Made by a program: the position numbers and the translations under genes
NCBI RefSeq assembly: GCF_009914755.1
Contig: NC_060927.1
Direction: 5' to 3' (one strand)
Length of the DNA stretch: 64,000 nucleotides
From: the human T2T-CHM13v2.0 reference genome, Homo sapiens
Notes under the pieces: generated by a model
What the model saw: the letters and a program-made list of their open reading frames with translations, nothing else
Told to the model about the DNA's origin: nothing
Database searches by the model: none
Shown here: positions 44,715 to 64,000 of the stretch, piece after piece
How the letters are laid out: each line of letters begins with the position of its first letter
Position numbering within the stretch: position 1 is the stretch's first letter

Positions 44715-46067
44715 ATGATACCAAAGGCACAGGCAATAAAAAGACAGACATACTAGACAATGAAAAATTTGAAATTCCACACAAAAAAAGATAGTATTAA
44801 CAGAGTAAAAATGCTCCCACTGAATGGGGGAAAATATTTGCAAATCATATATTTGATAAGGGTTTCATATCTAGAATATATAAAGAACCCCTATAATGCA
44901 ACAATTTTTAAAAAAAGAACCCAAACAACCAGATTAAAAACTAGGCTCAAGTGATCCTCCTGCCTCAGCCTCCTGAGTAGTTGGGACTACAGGAAATGGT
45001 GGCTTGTGCCTGTGGTCCCAGTTACTCAGCAGGCCAAACCAGCCTGGACAACATAGCAAGATCCCATCTTTTACAAAAAAATTAAAACTAGGCAAAGGAT
45101 TTAAATTTATATTTCCCCAAAGAAGCATGTGAAAAGATACTCAACATCCCTAATGATTAGGGAAATGCAAATCAAAACCACAATGAGATACCACCTCACA
45201 CTCATTAGGATGGCTACCATCAAACAAACAGAAAATAACAAGTGTTAGCAAGGGTGTAGTGAAATTAGAATACTTGTGCCCTGCTGGTAGGAATGTAAAG
45301 TGGTACAGTCACTGTGGAAAATAATACGGCAGTTTCTCAAAAACGTAAAAATAAAATTACCTTATGATGTAGCATATACCCATATACTTTTGGGTATATA
45401 CTCCAAAAAAATTGAAAGCAAGGTCTCAAAGAGCTTTTTGCATAACCATATTCACAGCAGCATTATTCATAATGGTTAAAATGTAGAAGCAACACAAGTG
45501 TCCACTGACAGATAAATGGATCATCAAAATGTAACATATACATAGAGTATTATTCAGCCTTAATAAGGCATGATATTCTGACATATGCTACATTGATGAA
45601 CTGTGAGGACATTATGCAAAGTGAAATAGGCCAGTCACAAAAGACAAATATTGTATGATTCCCCACATATGAGGTACCCAGAGTAATCTAATTCACAGAG
45701 ACAGAAAGTAGAATGGTGGTTATCAGTGGCTGGGAGGAAGGAGGAATGGGAATTATTGTTTGTTTGTTTTTTTACCGTATTTACTATTTCTTTTTTTTTT
45801 TTTATACTTTTAAGTTTTAGGGTACATGTGCACAACGTGCAGGTTTGTTACATATGTATACATGTGCCATGTTGGTGTGCTGTACCCATTAACTCATTAT
45901 TTAACATTGGGTATATCTCCTAATGCGATCCCGGGAATTATTGTTTAATTGGTACAGCGTTTCAGTTTTGCAAGATGCAAGTTCTGAAGATGGATGGTGG
46001 TGATGGTTACACAACAATATGAATGTACTTCCTAACACTGAACTGTGTACTTAAAAATGGTTAAGAT
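44715..46067 (+). mobile_element. L1MB-type ORF2 end/3'UTR carrying two nested insertions
   Basis: gggaaatgcaaatcaaaaccacaatgagataccacctcaca..., gtttcagttttgcaagatg...acttaaaaatggttaagatgg. Confidence 0.8.
45762..45932 (-). mobile_element. Very short L1PA (PA3-5-like) insertion with 14-bp TSD
   Basis: About 130 bp of L1PA 3'UTR; TSD GGGAATTATTGTTT at 45748-45761 and 45933-45946. Confidence 0.9.
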
Positions 46068-49694
<3,627 letters not shown>

Positions 49695-50920
49695 TCAGAC
49701 ATGAAAATTTTACCAAAAGCAGACTGGTTACTTAAGATAGATGTAAGCTAATTGCGCAAAATTAATCAAAATTGCCATTAGTCACAATATGAAAAATTGC
49801 TTTATTCTGCCTACAGCAATGGGAATCCTAATAAATAAATAGTTGGTGGGCTGATAATTACTCTACCCTTGCATTAATTAAGATGATTTTTAAAAGGCAG
49901 AAAATGTTTTACATAAATTAGTAAGTCAAATTACTGTAATAGTTCTGTTTTTGCTCACAGCCAATCTGAGTTAATTACTGCAGTTAATTTTATACAAACA
50001 GGAAGAAGTATTAAATAAGTCAGAAGCTCCTAATATTAACACATAGATAGGTAGATAGAAAGACAACAGACAAACCTAGATACATAGTCTATCAAGGCTC
50101 TGTTTAACAGTTTGTCAGAACACTTTATTATATACCTACAGTTAAGCAAAAAGAAAAAAAATCTGTCTGTGCTACATTTCCTAGTTTGATGACAGAGACA
50201 TGTACTATCACTTTTATTCTCAAACACAGTAACTTTTCTGGCTCCATATTCAATTTACCAGACATACCAATATCCCTTGTTCATAACAGCATCATTAGCC
50301 ACAGCATTTCCATGAAGTACAATCGTTTTTCCAGACATGGTACTCCTGCTCTGTGACTAACAACAGACATTGTCACTATTATTGCTATTACAGTTTTTGT
50401 TTTGTTTTGAAGATATGGGGTCTTACTACATCGCCCAGGCTAGAAAGCAGTAGCTATACATAGGCAGGATCATAGCATACTACAGCCTTGAATCCCTGGG
50501 CTCAAGCAATCCTCTCACTTCAGCCTCACAAGTAGCTGGGACTATAGGCTGTGCCACTGTGCCCAGAACTATTATGTTTTTATTTTTCCTACCTTTGGGA
50601 AAACTTCTAGCATTTTTCTCTTCTGTCATCAAAACCTTAAAACTATATGTCATTTCTTGACGTCCATATTTCCTTTTAGCCTACATATGTTTAATTTCTT
50701 TTTTCTTTTTTATTATTATTATACTTTAAGTTCTAGGGTACATGTGCACAACATGCAGGTTTGTTACACAGGTATACATGTGCCATGTTGCTTTGCTGCA
50801 CCCATCAACTCGTCATTTACATTAGGTATTTATCCTAATGCTATCCCTCCCCCAGCCTCCCACCCCATGACAGGCCCTGGTGTGTGATGCTTCCTGCCCT
50901 GTGTCCAAGTGTTCTCATTG

Positions 50921-54700
<3,780 letters not shown>

Positions 54701-54769
54701 TGTCATTATGATGTTAGCTGGTTATTTTGCCTGTTAATTGATACAGTTTCTTCATAGCATTCATGGTCT

Positions 54770-55770
54770 TTAAAATTTGGCATGTTTTTGCAGTGGCTGG
54801 TACCGATTGTTCCTTTCTACGTTTAGCACTTCCTTCAGGAGTTCTTGTAAGGCAGGCCTGGTGGTGAAAAAATCTCTCAGCATTTGTCTGTCTATAAAGG
54901 ATTTTATTTCTCCTTCACTTATGAAGCTTAGTTTGGCTGGATATGAGATTCTGGGTTGAAAATTATTTTCTTTAAGAATGTTGAATAATGGCCCCCACTC
55001 TCTTCTGGCTTGTAGGGTTTCTGCCGAGAGATCCGCTGTTAGTCTGATGGGCTTCCCTTTTTGGGTAACCTGATGTTTCTCTCTGGCTGTCCTTAACACT
55101 TTTTCTTTCATTTCAACGTTGGTGAATCTGACAGTTATGTATCTTGGGGTTGCTCTTCTCAGGAGTATCTTTGTGGTGTTCTCTGTATTTCCTGAATTTC
55201 AATGTTGGCCTACCTTGCTAGGTTGGGGAAGTTCTCCTGGATAATACCCTGAAGAGTGTTTTCCAACTTGGTTCCATTGTCCCCGTCACTTTCAGGTACA
55301 CCAATCAAACACAGATTTGGTCTTTTCACATAGTCCCATATTTCCTGGAGGCTTTGTTCATTTCTTTTTACTCTTTTTTCGCTAAACTTGTCTTCTCGCT
55401 TTATTTCATTAATTTGATCTTTAATCACTGATATCCTTTCTTCCACTTGATCAAATCGGCCTTTGAAGCTTGTGCATGCCTCACGAAGTTCTCATGCCAT
55501 GGTTTTCAGCTCCATCAGGTCATTTAAGGTCTCCTCTACACTGTTTATTCTAGTTAGCCATAACCTTTTTTCAAGGTTTTTAGCTTCCTTGCGATGGGTT
55601 AGAACATGCTTCTTTAGCTCAGAGAAGTTTGTTATTACCAACCTTCTGAAGCCTGCTTCTGTCAACTCATCAAAGTCATTCTCCGTCCAGCTTTATGCCG
55701 TTGCTGACGAGGAGCTGCAATCCTTTGGAGGAGAAGAGGCACTCTGGTTTTTAGAATTTTCAGCTTTTCT
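54770..55770 (-). pseudogene. L1 ORF1p remnant (disrupted)
   Basis: ORF fragments 55210-55446 (EQSLQEIWDYVKRPNL) and 54770-55111 (KGKPIRLTADLSAETLQARREWG). Confidence 0.9.
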
Positions 55771-56811
55771 GCTCTGGTTTCTCCCCATCTTTGTGGTTTT
55801 ATCTACCTTTGGTCTTTGATGTTGGTGACCTACAGATGGGGTTTTGGTGTGGATGTCCTTTTTGTTGATGTTGATGCTATTCCTTTCTGTTTGTTAGTTT
55901 TCCTTCTAACAGTCAGGTCCTTCAGCTGCAGGTCTGTTGGAGTTTGCTGGAGGTCCACTCCAGACCCCGTTTGCCTGGGTATCAGCAGCAGAGGCTGCAG
56001 AACAGCAAATATTTCAGAACAGCAATTATTGCTGCCTGATCCTTCCTCTGGAAGCTTCGTCCCAGGGGGGCACCCACCTGTATGAGGTGTCTGTCGCCCC
56101 CTACTGGGAGGTGTCTCCCAGTTAGGCTACACGGGTGTCAGGGACCCCTTGAGGAGGCTGACTGTCCATTCTCAGAGCTCAAACACCATGCTGGGAGAAC
56201 CACTGCTGTCAGAGATGTTTAAGTCTGCAGAAGTTTCTGCTGCCTTTTGTTCTGCTATGCCCTGCCCACAGAGGTGGAGTCTATAGAGGCAGTAGGCCTT
56301 GCTGAGCTGAGGTAGGCTCCGCCCAGTTTGAGCTTCCTGGCCGCTTTGTTTACCTACTCAAGCCTCAGCAATGGCGGACACCCCTCCCCCAACCCGGCTG
56401 CAGCCTCACAGGTCCATCTCAGACTACTTCGCTAGCAGTGAGCAAGGCTCCACGGATGTGGGGCCCGCCAAGCCAGGCACGGGAGAGAATCTCCTGGTCT
56501 GCCAGTTGCTAAGACCATGGGGAAAGTCCAGTATTTGGACGAGAGCGTCCCATTTTTCCAGGTACAGTCTGTCACGGCTTCCCTTGACTAGGAAAGGGAA
56601 ATCTTCTGATCCCTTGTGCTTCCTGGGTGAAGTGACGCCCTTCCCTGCTTCGGCTCACCCTCTGTGGGCTGCACCCACGGTCCAACCAGTCCCAATGAGA
56701 TGAACCAGGTACCTCAGTTGGAAATGCAGAAATCACCCATCTTCTGCATCAATCACGCTGGGAGCTGCAGACTGGAGCTGTTCCTATTCGGCCATCTTGA
56801 ACGAAGATCTA

Positions 56812-57177
<366 letters not shown>

Positions 57178-57209
57178 TTAAATAAAATATTTATGTTGCA
57201 AAGAAGTTA

Positions 57210-59390
<2,181 letters not shown>

Positions 59391-60138
59391 GGCCAGGCAC
59401 GATGGCTCACATCTGTAATCCCAGCACTTTGGGAGGCCAAGAGAGGTGGATTGCTTGAGGTTAGGAGTTCAAGACCATCCTGGCCAAAATGGCAAAACCC
59501 TGTCTCTATTAAAAATACAAAAATTAGCCAGGTGTGGTGGCACATGCCTATAATCCCAGCTACTTGGGAGGTTGAGGCACAAGAATCACTTGAACCCAGG
59601 AGGTGGAGGTTGCAGTGAGCCGAGATTGCACCACTGCCAGCCTGGGCAATAGAGCAAGGCTCTGTCTCAAAAAAAAAAAAAGCGGGGCAGCAGGGGTGGA
59701 GGGGTTTGAATTTAAAAGGACAGTAAAGAGGAAACAGAAAAAGGGAGTTGGAAAGTACTATGCTCAGAAATCAAATTCTAATTAGATTACAGCTTATGCC
59801 ACTAGGAAAGAAAATACTTAGTTATTTATTTATTCCTATTTATTTATTTATTTATTTAGAGATAGGGTCTCACTCTGTTGCCCAGGCTGGAGTGCAGTGG
59901 CACGATCACAGCTCAATGCAGCCTTGACTTCCTGGGCTCAAGAGATCCTCCCACCTCAGCCTCCTGAGTACCTGGGACTATAGGCACATGCCACCAAGCC
60001 TGACTACTTTTTGTATTTTTAGTAGAGACAGGTTTCACCATGTTGCCCAGGCTGGTCTTGAGCTCCTGGGCTCAGCAATCCGCCCACCTCGGCCTCCCAA
60101 AGCACTGGGATTATAGGCGTGAGTCACTGCACCTCCCA
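59391..60138. mobile_element. Tail-to-tail Alu pair: (+) ~59391-59680 and (-) ~59822-60138
   Basis: Alu consensus in opposite orientations about 140 bp apart. Confidence 0.92.
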
Positions 60139-60752
60139 GAAACGACTTTTAAAACATACATGCATTTTTAAAACAAAGATAACTTTGGCTGCCATACATA
60201 AGGACCAGAGACAGAAAAGGACTGGAAGAAGGAAGGTTAACAGGAAGCTATTACTGCAGTACACTAAAGAAGGAATGGTGGCAGACTACGGTAATATTAA
60301 CAATAGGAGGAATGGAGAGAAATAGATGTACATTACCTTTTTGCTTCAGGCATTTTTATTAAGAAAAATTCTCTTCCGATGGCTCAAGTAAAACAAGCAT
60401 TGATATCTTGTGCAAAATGGGCATTTAATAAATTTATCAATGAACTGGAGGAAATGAAAGCTCAATATGAACATGAAGATAAAAGACAGTTCCTAACTAC
60501 TCTAAGTAAACCTTCAACAAGGTATATTGCTCCAAATAAAATTCCACACAGCTGTTGGCAATCATTTAGGAACTATGGTGAGCAGGAGAGGTTGCCAGAA
60601 GACTAAAGACAGAAAAATGTAGTACTCGTGTTCAAAAAAAGAGAAATGGGATCCTGCCAACTATTGATCACTGAAGTTAGATGTAATTTTAGACATGATT
60701 CTAGCATCATTACTAAGAGAAGTTTGTGAACACTTAGAAAAAGTAGTAATCA

Positions 60753-60854
60753 GTGCTCCCTTAGTAGCACATATACTAAACGGGAACAAATCAGAGATTA
60801 GCATGGCCCCTGTGCAATGATGACACACAAATTCTTAAAGCATTCCACATTTTT
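60753..60854 (+). pseudogene. U6 snRNA retropseudogene (near full length, diverged)
   Basis: GTGCTC...GCACATATACTAAA...AGATTAGCATGGCCCCTG...GATGACAC.CAAATTC...TTCCA.ATTTTT follows the U6 sequence. A TSD AAAAAGTAGTAAT sits at 60738-60750 and 61060-61072. Confidence 0.93.
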
Positions 60855-60878
60855 ACTTGAATTAAAAAATCCTTTTCT

Positions 60879-61036
60879 CATACAAAAATCAGCCGGGTAT
60901 GGTGGCAAGCGCCTGCAGACCCAGCAACTCGGGAGGCTGGAGAAGGAGAATTGCTTGAATCCAGGAGGCCACTGCACTCCAGCCTGGGTGACAGAGAGAG
61001 ACTCTGTCTCTAAATAAATAAATAAATAAATAAATA
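60879..61036 (+). mobile_element. 5'-truncated Alu (right arm) with (TAAA)n tail
   Basis: Flanked by the direct repeat aatccttttc. Confidence 0.88.
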
Positions 61037-61679
61037 ATCCTTTTCCGAAAAAAAAGACAAAAAAGTAGTAATTAACATATGCTACTGGAATATAGTATAG
61101 TTTCACTAAGGACAAGTAATGATAGGGTAAAGAAAACGAAGCATATAAAATCTGGGTTTTAGTAAGGCAACTGTCAAAGTTCCTCACATATTCCTTATGA
61201 GAACTTGGAAACATATGAGGTAGATGATGATTAAAATTAGCTGAATTTCTAATTGGGTGACCAACCTGAACCAAAGAATTAATAATAAAATTTTTTATCA
61301 CCTTTAAGAGAGGTCTTTAGCAGGTAAAGAACTCTGACCTCAGCCCTGCCTAGACAGCATTTTAGTGAAAAATTTGCATGAAAGCAATGCCAAAATTATC
61401 AAACTTGTATGTTTATCAAATGCATAGATTTGATATTTATTGGATGACCAAATCAGGATTTTTTTAATGTCAACAGACTAGAAGCAATCTTACAAAATAA
61501 AAATATAGATACATGTAAAGTCCTACCAAAAAATATTCTATTAAAGAATTGAGAGAGTATGACTTTAAGAACAGAGAGAGCATGAACAAAATAATTCAAC
61601 AATTTTAGTTGACAAGGAAACCAATAGTAAAATAGGTATCATACATACATAGTACTGGGATGCCACAACCCATTCTAAA

Positions 61680-61870
61680 TGACTTATATATATATATTAA
61701 TTATCTTCAGAATTGTGTAAGATAGACACTATTATTAACCCCATATTAGAGATGAGGAGACTTAGGCCCAGAGTGTTTACATAACTTACTCAGGGTTACC
61801 CAGCTGATAAACTGCAGAGCTAGGATCTAAACACAGGAAGGTTAGCCCCAAAGTTAATCTTCTTAACTAG
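61680..61870 (-). mobile_element. MIR
   Basis: ccccatattagagatgaggagacttaggcccagag...taacttactcagggttacccagct. Confidence 0.75.
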
Positions 61871-62244
61871 TAAATTATTATAAAGTAACAGTGTAATGTG
61901 GTTGCCAAAGAAGCAAGTCTACTCTTAAAGTACATGCTTTAAAATTAGAGAGGTAACTTAGTCTTCTATACTAGTTAATACCTAATTTGGGGTACCATGC
62001 TTGTCAGAAGAATGTGGATGAACTAAACAAATCCACAAGTGGGCTATGAGTTCTGTGAGGAGATGTGAATGAAAACAATGACACAAAAGTCACTAGCAGA
62101 GGTTAAAGACTGAGAATATTTTCTAACACTCAGTGGAATATAAGTATCTTCAAATAGTTGAAAACCCACAATACAGAAGAGACAGTGAGGACACAATTTC
62201 TAGTTCAGTGAAAGAAATAATTTTATAAAAATTAGAGTTGTCCA

Positions 62245-62375
62245 AACATGGCGAGGTGTGTGCCTATAACCCCAGCTACTTGGGAGGGTGAGGTGGGAGG
62301 ATCACTTGAGCCCAGGAGTTCCAGACAAGCCTGAGCAACATAGAGAAACCCTGTCTCAAAAAAAAAAAAAAAAAG
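62245..62375 (+). mobile_element. Alu monomer (FLAM-like)
   Basis: Single-arm Alu with A-tail. Confidence 0.85.
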
Positions 62376-63739
62376 AATTGATCAAATATCTTTGCCTCAG
62401 AAACTATGACACTATAAATAGTCTCTCCAAAAAATATACAAATATGCATAATTTTGCATAATATTTCCAAGAGTTCACAAGCCTACTTTCATATCTATTC
62501 ATGCCGCACACCTAGAGTCATGTATCCCAGATTAAAACGGAAAGGATTTAAGTATGAAGAGGTGAGTGTATTTGATTCTCTTTAAAATCCACTACAATTT
62601 AAAATTCTATGATCTAAAAGAACTCTCAATCTATGCCTTCTAGTTTCTTCTGAGATCCATTATAACACATATTGCAATAAGAGTTTAAAAGATGATGACA
62701 AGGAAGTACATCCCACTTCATCAGTTATATTGAGGGCACACGGCTCAGACAGTTAAGAATTTTAGCTGCCAGAGAAAAACTTCCATGTGCCACTTGGACT
62801 ACACATTCACAAGAGTCAGGGTGGGAGGAATTACATGATCACAAAATGAGAATATGAAGTATTACACACTGCAAAAATTCAGCTTTCCTTTTTAAACACC
62901 TAGAAATGAAGAGAACTGAAAAGTAAGAGTTTAGTAAGTCTTGAACCTTTTATTAACAAATGTAAGGGCCACAGTGCTCAAACTGCAACTGCACAGCCAG
63001 AACAACGCTACAGACACCATGTCTACTCTTAGACTAGACTAGTTACAGGCACAAGATGTTCTAATAAATAACAAACACATCCAGAGCCAGTACACAAGTG
63101 TGACAGAATCTGGGGTCTAGGCATTTGATTTTTCTCCTGGTGCTGTCTGAGAATGGACACTGCCATTAAAGATTAATTACAGTAATCTGATAGTGATAAA
63201 GTTTAGCTAAATAACAGGCTAAACAATGAAATGGAAAAGGAAGCTGCAATATAGATCAATTAAACTATTTTTATATCTACTTTTAAAGAGAGACAGGGAC
63301 ATGATTATGCCATATAGAAAATAGATGAATATATATTCACGAGCTGAAAAAAAAAACAGGTAAATTATTTATTAGGTGAAGATAAATTCAAGCCATGAAG
63401 AGAAAACACATGGCCCAGAAAAAAAAAAAAGTAGGTTGTGCAAGTCAAATGAAAAGACACAAAACTCAGATCTCGGGGAGACAGGGGAAGGAGAAGGCTG
63501 AGCTAAAAGAGAGCCTTACTGAAAGAAAGCAAATAAGTGAGAGGGAGTCTGTGCCCTCTGAGATGGAATGAGGAAAAGATAAAAGTATTCATGGGCTCAA
63601 AGGCAGCTTCAGCAGTGAATATGGAAAAGGAATGAGCCCGTTCACTGTCTCAACACTAAAAGGGAAATAATATAGGGTCTTTTTCTAAACCAGCATCCAT
63701 GGCAGTCAATAATAAAAGTGCCTAACTAATGCAAGGCAT

Positions 63740-64000
63740 TTAATACGTGGAGGATTTTCTTACGATTGCATTCCATACATTAGTCCATTCACTCCCCGAA
63801 ACACACCGAATAGGTGGATGCATCTAATTTACAGATGAAGAAACCGAGATCACACAATGGGAGATAGCACAGGCTGGTAAGAGAGACTGGGGCGCTCATC
63901 CACTTCGTTGTACTGTCTCTCAGCGAGATCCTAGGAAAACCCTTACACTTCTTTGTGAAGACAGACCTTGGCTTTCCAGATTTTCTCAAAGGAGTCTGGG
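63740..64000 (-). promoter_or_regulatory. Probable shore of the TFDP2 promoter CpG island (overlaps a MIR)
   Basis: Non-Alu CpG density rises in the last ~260 bp. The ATG exon has an acceptor, so a first exon must lie further right. Confidence 0.4.

Larger units (their letters stand above)
60540..61560 (+). mobile_element. L3/CR1 LINE remnant (RT region), split by the U6 retrocopy
   Basis: Decayed text resembling CR1 RT motifs GEVPEDW..NVVPIFKK..DPANY before the insertion and FSKAFDKVPH..NWL after it. Confidence 0.75.

Noticed and set aside
60379-60606. 75-aa ORF with coiled-coil-like composition
   Set aside because: It runs into a decayed L3/CR1 remnant, is antisense to TFDP2, and has no splice or homology support.
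60753-60854. Functional U6 snRNA gene
   Set aside because: It has many substitutions and indels, including around the ACAGAGA box. It has TSDs and a tail, and no upstream PSE/TATA, so it is a retrocopy.

Overview
This is primate (most likely human) genomic DNA lying inside the 5' part of TFDP2 (transcription factor Dp-2, the E2F dimerisation partner), transcribed on the minus strand. Only two small exons are visible. The 107-nt exon at 17145-17039 carries the 5'UTR and start codon (MTAKN). The 67-nt exon at 8430-8364 encodes VGLTSTNAEVRGFIDQNLSPTK(G). Together they give the DP-2 N-terminus as I recall it. The non-coding first exon and promoter appear to lie just past the right edge. The rest is intron packed with repeats: roughly 55-60 Alu copies or fragments, a full-length decayed ~6.1-kb L1PA (PA6-like) in gene-sense orientation, older L1M/HAL1, L2, MIR and L3/CR1 fragments, LTRs, DNA transposons (Tigger3, MER1) and a U6 retrocopy. 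Nearly all ORFs in the supplied track are Alu/L1 artefacts. I see no evidence of a new multi-gene system. The best leads are the packed regulatory layout of the ATG exon (duplicated donor, uORF, internal acceptor, and a possible 174-nt circle with a junction-spanning ORF) and several unusual retrotransposition structures. Repeat boundaries and subfamily names were judged by eye and are approximate.
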